A stretch of 62,624 bases of DNA, counting the filler, from Anaerolineae bacterium (lineage in GTDB: Bacteria; Chloroflexota; Anaerolineae; Epilineales; Epilineaceae): NCBI GenBank assembly GCA_029262755.1. It is 8 parts of 8 records of this genome, joined end to end, with 100 filler letters (N's around TTAATTAATTAA, not from the genome) between each part and the next. Parts side by side here need not be neighbours in the genome. Positions count along the whole stretch, not along the records: positions 1 to 8,027 come from JAJCYU010000128.1; positions 8,128 to 22,427 come from JAJCYU010000129.1; 6 more parts are not named here. One strand, given 5' to 3'. The stretch's first letter is position 1. Each line of letters opens with the position of its first letter. The notes under the pieces were generated by a model. The model worked only from the letters and a program-made list of their open reading frames with translations, was not told where the DNA came from and made no database searches. Positions 1 through 9,217 of this stretch are shown here, in pieces. The position numbers were made by a program, and so were the translations under genes.

Positions 1-867
1 CGGCGAACCCTCGCCACGCTGCCGACCAGCGCGACCGCATTGGCATGGACGGCCGCCTCCATGCCGGACGGACTCGCCCCGTGGGCGCTGCCGTCCCCGA
101 GCGCTGCGGTCGGCGCCCGCCGGGCGGACGGGCTCGCCCGCGAAGCGCCGCTGACCGATCCGACGCGTCCCGGCCTGACCCGCATCGACGTCGTGGCACC
201 GGGGCCGCGGATCCACGCCGGTCTCGAGGCGGACTTCCGATCCTTGCGGGCGGAGATTCAAGCGGCGACCGGTCGCGATTTCCTCGGGACGCTGTCCGAC
301 ATGTGGCGTCCGCTCGGCTTCCAGAGTTCGGGCTCCGCGTTCTTCAGCTGGCACAAGACCGGCCGCGCCTTCGACACCACCATGGAGCTATACGGACCCG
401 GTGGCCGGCGCGACATGGTCCTGGTGCGCGAGGACGTCGGGGGCCGCACGTTCTGGCGCATGTACTTGCGCGCCGCCGCGCAGGACGGATCCATCGGCCG
501 ACCGCTGCGCGCACCCGGTTGGCGATTCCCCTTCAGCACCGACTCCGAGGAGGTCCGGCGTGAGGGCGGCGAGCGTGGCCCGCGCGTCACGGGCGGCTAC
601 TTCGTCGACTTCACGGCGCGCGCCGCTGCGTACGGTTGGAACCGCATTCCCGGCATCCGTCGGCCCGGCTTCGATTGGCGGGAAGACTGGGCGGCCATCG
701 AGTTCTGGCACTACGAACGGCGTGAGGACCTCGGCTGGGCCGAAGCCGTCCGGCAAGTCTACGGCGACGAAGAGATCGCGCGCGATCTCGACCCCGAAAC
801 CCTCCGCGAGCGGGGTATCTCGTCCTGGCGGCTAGGCGGATTGAACGGGGCCGGCCGACAGCCGTAG
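1..867 (+). CDS. M15-like Zn peptidase domain protein (D,D-carboxypeptidase/L,D-endopeptidase fold), 5'-truncated
   Basis: Frame is open from base 1. Contains SWHKTGRAFD (SxHxxGxAxD) and EFWHYE (ExWH), the Zn-ligand motifs of peptidase family M15. Confidence 0.7.
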   Translation, partial: RRTLATLPTSATALAWTAASMPDGLAPWALPSPSAAVGARRADGLAREAPLTDPTRPGLTRIDVVAPGPRIHAGLEADFRSLRAEIQAATGRDFLGTLSDMWRPLGFQSSGSAFFSWHKTGRAFDTTMELYGPGGRRDMVLVREDVGGRTFWRMYLRAAAQDGSIGRPLRAPGWRFPFSTDSEEVRREGGERGPRVTGGYFVDFTARAAAYGWNRIPGIRRPGFDWREDWAAIEFWHYERREDLGWAEAVRQVYGDEEIARDLDPETLRERGISSWRLGGLNGAGRQP

Positions 868-1130
868 GCCAATGGCCTAAGAGGTCACGTTTCCGCACGA
901 AGCTTGCCGGTGCGCAGCGATCGGCGCGTCGCGTCGGACGTCCGGTGGTTGGCGGGAATGAGTTGACCGCAAGCGGGGTTTACCGGTCTATGGATCGCGC
1001 GGTTGGAGCGTCGATCGCGAAACCACGGTGATGGCACGCCCGTGCTCGCAAGTCACGTCGATCGCAAGACCCCGGTGGTGGTCCACCACCGATGACGAGC
1101 CGCACGTAGCATTCAGGATGTCCGCGTCGC

Positions 1131-2432
1131 TCAGCCCAGGCGCCAGGCGAGGAAGGGCACCAGCGCTTCGCTTGGCAGCAGGCCGCCATGGCGGCCGACC
1201 GTGCGGAAAGTGGTCGACGTCTGACGCAACGTGGCGCCGGCGCGGCCGATGAGGGCCAGGTCGCCGATGCGATGATGCAGCTCGCGGTGTGGTAAGCCCG
1301 GGCCCCACAAGCCCGCCGCCACTCCTTCGGCGACGTCGACGACGTGGAATGAGTCGGCGAGGTGCTGTGCCAGGTACGCGCGCGCCTCGTCTCGTGCGCC
1401 GGAGCGCAGGGCCAAGTAGGGCACACGGGCCTCGCCGGCGGGCGGACGGGCGAGCATCTCGCGCAGCGCAGGATGGCCGTCGAGTGGCACGACCTCGCGT
1501 TCGGTGGTCGCCGTCATGCCATGATCGGCCACGAGGAGGACCACGGTGTCCTTGCGTGCCGCCGGCGAGAGCAGGTCGCACACGAGCTGCCGCAGGCCGA
1601 GGAAAAAGAGCGTCCACTCGTCGGCCCAGGCGGCATCGTGCGGGCCGCGCGCGTGGCCGAGGTGGTCGAAGCCGTCCCAATACGAGGTCACGAGCACGCG
1701 GCGGCCGGCCGTGGCCTCCAGCGTCGCGCGCAGCCGCGTGAAGCTGTCGCCCAGGCTGGCGAAACCGGTGACGCGAGCCGATCCCCGGTAGAGCATCCGC
1801 GTCAGGCCGCTGCGCTCGATGCTCGAGCCGATGTGTGCATACTGGGCGACACCCTGGCCGTTCAGGCGCTGCGCGAGCGTCGGGCCGGGCAGGAAGTGCT
1901 TGACCGAGAGCGCGCCGCTCGACACGAGGTCGACGCCGATCATTGGTTTGCGCGCCGGCCGCAAGCGGATCATGTTGGCGACGGTCCCGACCTCGCGCAG
2001 CCACAAACGGTAGCCGGCCATCCCGTGTTGGGCCGGCGGCAATCCGGTCCACAACGTGGCCATCGTCGCGGTGGTCGTGCTCGGGAAGACGGACGTCAAG
2101 GGCGCGACGCGGGCTCCCGCGGCACGAAGCCAGGTGACGCTCGGCTGGTCGCCTGCCAGCAGCTCGCTCAGGCGCTCATAGCCGAGCGCGTCGACCACGA
2201 GCAAGAGCACCCGACGTGCGCCGGGGGCAAGATCGCGCCAAAGCGTTTCGTCGAGCGGTGGTAGCGGTCCAGCGTCCGCACCGAGCAATGCCGCGACGGT
2301 AGCAGGCACGTTGGCGACGCCCCGTCCGTCGTAGCGCGGGACAAGCATCTCTGGCGCGAGAAGCTCGGCCACGGGCGATGGGCGCACGGCCAACAGGTCG
2401 TCGGCGGATGGAACGTGAAACGAAGGGCTCAT
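1131..2432 (-). CDS. Alkaline phosphatase superfamily protein (type I phosphodiesterase/nucleotide pyrophosphatase-like)
   Basis: LLVVDALG, TSVFPSTT (Thr nucleophile), TGLPPAQHG, DHLGH, ADHG and GRHGG motifs. Start reassigned to ATG 2432 (MSPSF) to avoid overlap with the upstream gene. Confidence 0.9.
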   Translation of the reverse strand: MSPSFHVPSADDLLAVRPSPVAELLAPEMLVPRYDGRGVANVPATVAALLGADAGPLPPLDETLWRDLAPGARRVLLLVVDALGYERLSELLAGDQPSVTWLRAAGARVAPLTSVFPSTTTATMATLWTGLPPAQHGMAGYRLWLREVGTVANMIRLRPARKPMIGVDLVSSGALSVKHFLPGPTLAQRLNGQGVAQYAHIGSSIERSGLTRMLYRGSARVTGFASLGDSFTRLRATLEATAGRRVLVTSYWDGFDHLGHARGPHDAAWADEWTLFFLGLRQLVCDLLSPAARKDTVVLLVADHGMTATTEREVVPLDGHPALREMLARPPAGEARVPYLALRSGARDEARAYLAQHLADSFHVVDVAEGVAAGLWGPGLPHRELHHRIGDLALIGRAGATLRQTSTTFRTVGRHGGLLPSEALVPFLAWRLG

Positions 2433-2478
2433 CGGGGTGTCATCGCACGCAGTGTGAAGCGCGACGAATCGCGGCGCG

Positions 2479-3198
2479 TCATCGCTCGTTCGGGCGACAG
2501 GCCCACACCTGGTCGTAGAGCGTCGTCCATGGCCGGCGTACCATGTCCACGAACCCATGCTTCTCCAACCGGCGGATGAAGGCCTCGCGGCTCTCCGCCT
2601 TGCCGGGCATCAGCCGTGCCTGCCGGTCGATCCGCTGCGTGATCAGCAGGTGCCCGCCGGGCACAAGCACACGATACAGCTCGGCAAGACAGGCGTCGGA
2701 ATCGGGTAGAAATTCGAGGGCCTCCAACAGGCACACTGCGTGAAAGGAACGGCCGTCGAAGGGCAACGGCGTGGCCGGATGGTGCAACAGGGTCACCCGA
2801 TCCGCCATTTCGGCCACAACAAGCTTTGCACGCGCGAGCTCCAACATGCGCGCCGACAAGTCCACCCCGACGACCTTTCCGTCGAACATCGGCATCGAGA
2901 GCAGCGCGATCGGCAACCGGCCCGTGCCGGTGGCCACATCCAAGACGCGGGCATCGGGCCCTGCCATACCGTCGGCGAGCAACAGCTCTGCGAGGGGCAC
3001 TCCCAGGTCGATCGCCTCCTCGGATTCGCGCAGATCCTTGATGCGATCGTAGCGCGCCGCGCTCAGGTCGTAGAGCCAGACCACGAATCGCGGGCCTACG
3101 TAGGCCCCTTCCGTCACGTGCAACAGCCACCATGCGCCGAACCCGAGCAGCGCGAGGATCGCGCCGAGCGTAGCCAGTAGGGCGGGCGAAGGGCTCAT
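2479..3198 (-). CDS. Class I SAM-dependent methyltransferase with N-terminal membrane anchor
   Basis: VLDVATGTG motif I, GVDLSARML, ELYRVLVPGG; hydrophobic N-terminal helix. Start taken as ATG 3198. Confidence 0.88.
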   Translation of the reverse strand: MSPSPALLATLGAILALLGFGAWWLLHVTEGAYVGPRFVVWLYDLSAARYDRIKDLRESEEAIDLGVPLAELLLADGMAGPDARVLDVATGTGRLPIALLSMPMFDGKVVGVDLSARMLELARAKLVVAEMADRVTLLHHPATPLPFDGRSFHAVCLLEALEFLPDSDACLAELYRVLVPGGHLLITQRIDRQARLMPGKAESREAFIRRLEKHGFVDMVRRPWTTLYDQVWACRPNER

Positions 3199-3461
3199 CG
3201 GGGAGAAGGCTCCGCGGTAGGAATAGGGTCCGGACGAGGGCCCCACTATGCACGGTCCAGTCCCCGCGATGCCAGCGGCCGTCCACGGCCGGTCGTGGCG
3301 GCGTGTTGCGCTGCCGCAGGTTCGTTCTCACAGCCCTGCGGCTTCGCTAGGCGTCGTTCTGCGCAGGGTCCTGCACGGGGCTCCCGCGCGGGGGTCAACG
3401 ATCTGTCCAATCCCTTCCCAAGTCGTTGGTGGCCTCCGTTCCCGCTGCTACCCTCTGCCCC

Positions 3462-4340
3462 ATGGCGCGCATCGCGATTCTGGCGGACATCCATGGCAAC
3501 ATTCCCGCCCTCGAGGCCGTGCTCGACGACATCGCGCGGCGCCGCCTCGACGAGGTGCTCGTGGGCGGCGATCTCGTGGGCCGCGGGCCGGAGGGCGGAG
3601 CCGTGGTGCGGCGCGTTCGTGCGGCCGGTCTGCGCTCCGTCCGTGGCAATCACGAGGAATACCTGTTGGATTTTCGCACGGGCCGCGCGAATCCTGCGTG
3701 GATGAAGTCGCCCGATTGGGTCAGCGCACGCTGGATGGCCGCCGAACTGGCGCAGGACGAGGCCGACTTCATCGACGCCCTGCCGCCCGCGCTGACCGCG
3801 ATAAGCGCGCCGGAGCTGCGCCTGGTACACGGGACTCCGCGCTCCAACCGCGAGGGCGTCGGGCCGTGGACGTCGGACGCGCTGTTGGCGGAAATCGCCG
3901 CGCTCGGCGACGAACGCGTGCTTGTTTGCGCCCACACCCATCGTCCGATGGCCCGCTCGATCAACGACACGTACGTGGTCAACGTCGGCTCGGTCGGCCT
4001 GCCCTTCTCCGGCGACCCACGCGCCCACTACGTGATCTTCGAGGGCGAGGGCGATCGCTGGCGAAGTGAACCGGTGCTCGTGCCCTACGATCGCGAGGAA
4101 ACCCTGGCGCGCTACAGGTCCACCGGTTTCCTGGAGGCCGGCGGTGTCGTGGCCCGCCTGCTCGCCGCGGAGCTTCGCACGGCGCGCTCTCACCTCGTGC
4201 CCTTCCTGCAGTGGATCGACGCGGTCGGGCGCCCGCATGACGAGGTCTCGTTGGCCGACTTCCTCGCGCGCTACGAGCCCGAAGGCAGCCTACGCGCGTT
4301 CTTGCGCCAGGAGCGGGCTGCGATCGGGCAGCGGGAGTAG
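3462..4340 (+). CDS. Metallophosphoesterase (calcineurin-like, YfcE/MJ0936-type)
   Basis: ADIHGN, GDLVG, RGNHE, VHG, AHTH and NVGSVG motifs. Confidence 0.92.
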   Translation: MARIAILADIHGNIPALEAVLDDIARRRLDEVLVGGDLVGRGPEGGAVVRRVRAAGLRSVRGNHEEYLLDFRTGRANPAWMKSPDWVSARWMAAELAQDEADFIDALPPALTAISAPELRLVHGTPRSNREGVGPWTSDALLAEIAALGDERVLVCAHTHRPMARSINDTYVVNVGSVGLPFSGDPRAHYVIFEGEGDRWRSEPVLVPYDREETLARYRSTGFLEAGGVVARLLAAELRTARSHLVPFLQWIDAVGRPHDEVSLADFLARYEPEGSLRAFLRQERAAIGQRE

Positions 4341-4468
4341 GGCGGCGGGCCTACGGGACCGGCAGGTTCGATCGGCCGATTGCGCTGCAGGGCTGGTCGC
4401 ACCCTCTGGCTCGTCGCGCCACAGGACCGTGCGACGCGCGGCAACGCGTTCCGTGTCCGGCGCTGCCG

Positions 4469-6034
4469 CTAGCGCTGCGCCACAGCGTGGAGGCCGTCGA
4501 CGTCGGCGACGAAGAGTTGGCGCGAGAAGGGATCGTGGCCGATCAGCCGGCCCCGGAACGCAGCCTGCTTGCCGATCCAGTCGCGCAGCGATTCGGACGC
4601 ATCGTGCGGCATGCTCAGCACGGCCAGGACGGGCCGGGCACGGAGCGCGCTCCCGGTACCGGCGTGAACCTCGACGACCACGCGCGTGAAGGGTCCGTGG
4701 TCGAACACGAAGTCCAACGTTACGCGCTCAACCCGCCGCACCACGCCCTGCCACGCGACGGGCCGATCGGCGAACGTCGACTCGAACAGCGCGCCGCTGT
4801 CGATGCCGGTCAGCCCACCCCCGAACAACGCGTCCGCGACCACAAGGGGGTCACGCACGATGTTCGCAGGCTCGTCGGCGGGCGCCTTGGTCGGTGCACC
4901 GGCGCGGGCGTCGTCTCGGTCGGCGGCGTGGGCGCGGGCGGGAGGGGTCGACGGAGCACGGTCGGGGGGAGACGTGGACGGTGGCCGCGGCGGTGGCGGC
5001 GTAGATGACGTGGAAGAAGTGGATGACCTAGAAGAGGTAGATGACGACGACGACCTGGGTCGCGGCGCTAACGTAGACGGCGAGGTCGGCGCTGAATACG
5101 AGACCTTCGTTGCGGCCGTTCCTTCGGAATCGGACGAGGTCGAAATCGTTGGGGTCGGTCGGGACGGGGTCGCTGCGTCGGACGGAACCTCTACCGCCGT
5201 GCTAGGGAGGTCGACCGACGGCTCGAGAGGGGTCGAAGCGCGGGGACGATGACTACCCTCAGCCGCCGCGGTGGACGTCGCGGACGGCGACGCCGGGTTG
5301 CGTGGTGTTCGGCTCCGTTCATCGCGATGTGCTTGGGCAAGGCGGCGATTGGGACGTTGCCGATCGGTTCTTCCCTCTTCATCTTTCTCGCGCTCGTTGT
5401 CGGCCCGTGAACGGGCAGAGGTCGCTGGATCGAGGGCCAGGCGTATCCCTTCTTCGCCGACGAGCACGTCTGCCAGCGCCAACTGCTGCCGGACTTGGCG
5501 CACGATATGCTGCGCGTCATCCGCGACATCCATCGTGCGCCAGCGGATCGCGTGCTCATCGATGTGGGCATCTCCATGGCCTTGGAGGTACAGCTTCAAG
5601 GCGGCGAGCCGATTTTCCTCCAAGAATCGACGCACGGCGGCTTCGTCGGAAGTCTTGACTTGCACGTTGCTTTCGAAGAGCGCTTCACCGCCTTGAAACT
5701 CGTCCAGCCCCTTCACGTTCCACAGGCTGGTCAGCATACCTTCGCTGCGCACCGTCACCTGCACGGGCAGCGAGCGGGCGAAGAAACACTCGTAGACCGT
5801 GAGGGGGCGGCCGTCCGCCCCGTGAGTCGAGTCCTGCCGGGCCGTCCGAACGCGAACCAGGTGCGCGCCGATCTCGCCCTCCATGGCGCGGCGATCGACC
5901 CGTCGGCCGGGTTCGTAGTGCAGACCAAGCGTGTCCGCGGCCAAGACCCATTGGATGTCGGGGAATGGCCGCAGCTTGGCGGCCACCAGCGAGATGAGCG
6001 CCACGATAAAGCCGGCTACCACGATCTCGGGCAC
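4469..6034 (-). CDS. Hypothetical membrane-anchored protein with Ser/Pro/Thr-rich linker
   Basis: GTG 6034 preceded by AAGGAG; N-terminal TM helix; two globular-looking regions separated by a low-complexity linker. Confidence 0.65.
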   Translation of the reverse strand: MPEIVVAGFIVALISLVAAKLRPFPDIQWVLAADTLGLHYEPGRRVDRRAMEGEIGAHLVRVRTARQDSTHGADGRPLTVYECFFARSLPVQVTVRSEGMLTSLWNVKGLDEFQGGEALFESNVQVKTSDEAAVRRFLEENRLAALKLYLQGHGDAHIDEHAIRWRTMDVADDAQHIVRQVRQQLALADVLVGEEGIRLALDPATSARSRADNEREKDEEGRTDRQRPNRRLAQAHRDERSRTPRNPASPSATSTAAAEGSHRPRASTPLEPSVDLPSTAVEVPSDAATPSRPTPTISTSSDSEGTAATKVSYSAPTSPSTLAPRPRSSSSSTSSRSSTSSTSSTPPPPRPPSTSPPDRAPSTPPARAHAADRDDARAGAPTKAPADEPANIVRDPLVVADALFGGGLTGIDSGALFESTFADRPVAWQGVVRRVERVTLDFVFDHGPFTRVVVEVHAGTGSALRARPVLAVLSMPHDASESLRDWIGKQAAFRGRLIGHDPFSRQLFVADVDGLHAVAQR

Positions 6035-6158
6035 GATGCGCTCCTTGCAGGTTGCGGGTACGTCGATCCTTTGTACGTGTCGCTCCGTGTTCGGTGGCGG
6101 AGCGTGCGGCGAGTTTCTCAGGACGAGCGCAGGCGGCCTCTGTGAGCCGCCGCGCACT

Positions 6159-7853
6159 CTAGAGCGGAGTGACGCCTGCGTAGCGCACACCGGTCAGGTA
6201 GGCGAGATCGCGATGCCACGTGCTGAGATCCTCGTGACGGAAACCGGACAAGGCGTCGTGGCCGCAAGCGCGGGCCATGACCTCCATGAGCTCGACGGTC
6301 GCCGCGAACCAGTTGGCCAGGCGCTTGGCGGAGGCCTCGATGATCAGCCGTTGGCGCAGGTGCTCTTGCTGCGTGGCGATGCCGACGGGGCAGTTGTTGG
6401 TGTGGCAGGCACGCATGCCGAGGCAGCCGATCGCTTGCAGTGCGCTGTTGGAGACGGCGATACCGTCGGCCCCAAGGGCCATGGCCTTGATGAAGTCGCT
6501 TTCGACGCGCAGACCACCCGTGATGATGAGCGTCACGTCGGCCGCATCCACACCGCCGGGCGCCTCGCCGGCTCGGCCGTCCAGATGCCGTCGTGCGCGG
6601 GCCAGCGCAGCCATTGTGGGCACCGAGATGTTGGCCTTGAACAGGTTCGGCGCCGCCCCCGTGCCGCCGCCTCGCCCGTCGAGCACGATATAGTCGCAGC
6701 CGACGGCCAACGCAAAATCGATATCCGCTTCGATGTGCTGCGCCGATAGCTTGAAGCCGACCGGGATGCCGCCCGTCGCGTCGCGAACGTCGGCGGCCAC
6801 GCGTCGGAAGTCGTCCACGCTCTCCAGGTCCGGGAAGCGCGAAGGGCTGATCGCATCTTGGCCGGGCTCGAGGCCGCGCACTTCTGCGATCTTGGCCGTC
6901 ACCTTGTGGCCCGGCAGGTGGCCACCGGTGCCAGTCTTGGCGCCTTGACCGCCCTTGAAGTGAAATGCTTGGCAGCGCGCCACTTTGTCCAGGCTCCAGC
7001 CGAAGCGGCCGCTGGCCAGCTCGTAGAAGTAGCGATCGTTGGCCTGCTGCTCCTCGGGCAGCATGCCCCCTTCGCCCGACGCGATGCCGGTGCCGGCGAG
7101 CTGTGCTCCACGGGCCAAAGCGATCTTGGCTTCGGCGCTGAGCGCGCCGTAGCTCATGTCGCTGACGAAGAGCGGGATCGCGAGGTGGAGCGGCTTGCGC
7201 GCGGACGGTCCGATCACGAGTTCAGTTGCGACGGGATGGTCGTCGAGCAAAGGCGGCTGTGCGAGCTGCCCGGTCATGATCTGCAGGTCCGCCCAGCGCG
7301 GCAACTCGGTCAGGGGCACGCCCATCGCGGATACAGGACCGTGGTGGCCGAGCTTGCTCAGGCCTTCGCGCGCCAATCGTTGGATGTGGGCGTTGTAGGG
7401 TTCCTCGGCCGCGCCGTGGTGGTCCTGGTAAAGGCCCAGATAGCTGTCGCGATCGTAGGGCTGCGGATGGTCGCGGCGCCACGCGATGATCTCCGCCTCG
7501 TCGACGAAGACGGCGTCCGCGGCGGGGTCGGCGTCGATCCAGGCGTGGAATCGGGGCAGCGCTTCGTCGTTGTTGTACGCGCTCACGCCGGAACTGAGCC
7601 GGTAGTCCCAGTTGTGCACGCCGCAGATCAGGTTGTCGCCATCGACGTGGCCGTCCGAGAGCAGGGCGCCACGGTGGAGGCAGCGGCCGTAGAGGACGGA
7701 TACCTTGTCGTCGTAGCGGGTCACGACGAGATCGACGTCGGCCACGAGCGCGTAGGTGGGGGTGCGATCGGCGAGCGTCGACCAGGTGGCGACGGAAATG
7801 GGGCGGCTGGGGGACTTGGGTGGAGACTGGCCGTTGAGCGGGGTGTCGGCCAT
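6159..7853 (-). CDS. Rieske [2Fe-2S] domain fused to FMN-binding glutamate-synthase-like domain
   Basis: CLH...CGVH Rieske ligands; MSYGALS, SGEGG, GQGAKTGTGGHLPG, DGRGGGTGA, and CLGMRACHTNNCPVG (3Fe-4S); GAGGAG RBS. Confidence 0.92.
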   Translation of the reverse strand: MADTPLNGQSPPKSPSRPISVATWSTLADRTPTYALVADVDLVVTRYDDKVSVLYGRCLHRGALLSDGHVDGDNLICGVHNWDYRLSSGVSAYNNDEALPRFHAWIDADPAADAVFVDEAEIIAWRRDHPQPYDRDSYLGLYQDHHGAAEEPYNAHIQRLAREGLSKLGHHGPVSAMGVPLTELPRWADLQIMTGQLAQPPLLDDHPVATELVIGPSARKPLHLAIPLFVSDMSYGALSAEAKIALARGAQLAGTGIASGEGGMLPEEQQANDRYFYELASGRFGWSLDKVARCQAFHFKGGQGAKTGTGGHLPGHKVTAKIAEVRGLEPGQDAISPSRFPDLESVDDFRRVAADVRDATGGIPVGFKLSAQHIEADIDFALAVGCDYIVLDGRGGGTGAAPNLFKANISVPTMAALARARRHLDGRAGEAPGGVDAADVTLIITGGLRVESDFIKAMALGADGIAVSNSALQAIGCLGMRACHTNNCPVGIATQQEHLRQRLIIEASAKRLANWFAATVELMEVMARACGHDALSGFRHEDLSTWHRDLAYLTGVRYAGVTPL

Positions 7854-8027
7854 GGGTCGGGGGCTCCTCGGGTGGGGGCTGAGTGGGAACGTTTGGTGTG
7901 GCGCCGGAGGTTATTGTCTGGGCGACGTTGTTGTCGGGCAGGACGTCGTATGGGAAGGCTTGGTGAGCAGTGAACGGCACATTGGGGCGCCGGCGTCCAA
8001 GGTGAGGTGGGGTGTGGCCTCCGCAAA

Positions 8028-8127
8028 NNNNNNNNNNNNNNNNNNNNNNNNNNNNNNNNNNNNNNNNNNNNTTAATTAATTAANNNNNNNNNNNNNNNNN
8101 NNNNNNNNNNNNNNNNNNNNNNNNNNN
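8028..8127. other. Artificial contig spacer (same at 22428-22527, 25525-25624, 39642-39741, 47186-47285, 49812-49911, 58421-58520)
   Basis: Identical 100-nt N-runs with central TTAATTAATTAA (stops in all six frames). Confidence 0.99.
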
Positions 8128-8154
8128 TAACAATTTCCCAACCACTCTCACCAC

Positions 8155-9216
8155 TCACGGCGCACCCCGATACGCTCTCCGAAACGCCTCGCCAATCGAC
8201 AGCCAACTGTTCTCAGCACACTTGCGACGCCCAACTTGGCCCATGGCCGCTAGATCGAGACGCCTAGCCTTCCCAAGCGCCGCCTGCAGTCCATCCGCTT
8301 CAATAGGCGAATACGTAATGCCGGCGTCGTTACCAACCATACTCCGTATACACCCAACCTCAGGCGCAATAACGGCCCGACCAGCGCTCATCGCCCGAAC
8401 CACCGACCCGGACGTCAAGACATCCCGGTATGGTAAGACTACAACATCACAGGCGGCAAGATGACGGTCTAGCTCGACCTCACTCAAGAAAGCATTCACG
8501 AATTGTACACCCTGCAGCTGTCTCACCCTTGACCGCAGCTCCATTTCCAACACTTCATCTGAACACCTCCCCACAATCAGTAAACGGCTATCTCCGGTCG
8601 ACTCCGCACAGAATGACGCCACGAGTGACTCGACGCCCTTGTAACGACGAACCGCACCAAAAAACAAGTATACAAACTTATCGTTCCAACCTAGCAGTGC
8701 ACGAGCGTGAGCCCGACTCTCCAGGTCTTCATCAACCACCGAATAAGGACCATGCGGAATCACGACAACATTGCTACAGCGAAACTCCCGGCGAACTCGG
8801 ACTGCCGCTTCTGAACAAAAGACTGAAATGACGTGAGCGAGGTTCGCCACGGCCATGCGCACGAACCGCTCCAAGAGATCCGGAGTCGAATCGTGCGGAT
8901 ATAAGTTGTGAACAGTCCAAATCAATCGATAACCGAGAGCACGCGCACACAGCAACTTACAAACCAACTTGAATGAACCCACAAGCCTTGAAATACCAGA
9001 TCCCGAGTAGTGGTAGTGCAGCCAGTGCAAATGCAAGACATCCACGCATCTGCGATGCTCGAACAACCATCGTAGCCCTATGAAATCGTCCTCGGAGCGT
9101 AGAATCGATACGTCCGGACCTTCGACCGCATCCCTGAGGGACAGATAAAACGAATTCGAATTCCACCGAACCGACGACGGAACGAAGCGAACTATCAACG
9201 ATTGCCGCACAGTCAC
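8155..9216 (-). CDS. Glycosyltransferase family 4
   Basis: HLHW, WTVHNLYPH, FFGAVRRYKG, DVVVLPY, SGSV..AMSAGRAVI; GTG 9216 with GGAG RBS right after the upstream stop. Confidence 0.9.
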   Translation of the reverse strand: MTVRQSLIVRFVPSSVRWNSNSFYLSLRDAVEGPDVSILRSEDDFIGLRWLFEHRRCVDVLHLHWLHYHYSGSGISRLVGSFKLVCKLLCARALGYRLIWTVHNLYPHDSTPDLLERFVRMAVANLAHVISVFCSEAAVRVRREFRCSNVVVIPHGPYSVVDEDLESRAHARALLGWNDKFVYLFFGAVRRYKGVESLVASFCAESTGDSRLLIVGRCSDEVLEMELRSRVRQLQGVQFVNAFLSEVELDRHLAACDVVVLPYRDVLTSGSVVRAMSAGRAVIAPEVGCIRSMVGNDAGITYSPIEADGLQAALGKARRLDLAAMGQVGRRKCAENSWLSIGEAFRRAYRGAP

Positions 9217-9217
9217 A

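Noticed and set aside
868..990. c-di-GMP-I riboswitch-like words (GGCCTAA, GCGGGGTTTACCG)
   Set aside because: P1 with GAAA tetraloop and GCAAA elements absent, spacing wrong, and the region is 3' of two convergent genes.
4355..4385. GGTTCGAT as a tRNA T-arm
   Set aside because: No acceptor, D or anticodon arms can be formed.
8028..8127. TTAATTAATTAA motif repeated seven times within N-runs
   Set aside because: Artificial contig linker; ORFs running into it and gene adjacency across it are artefacts.
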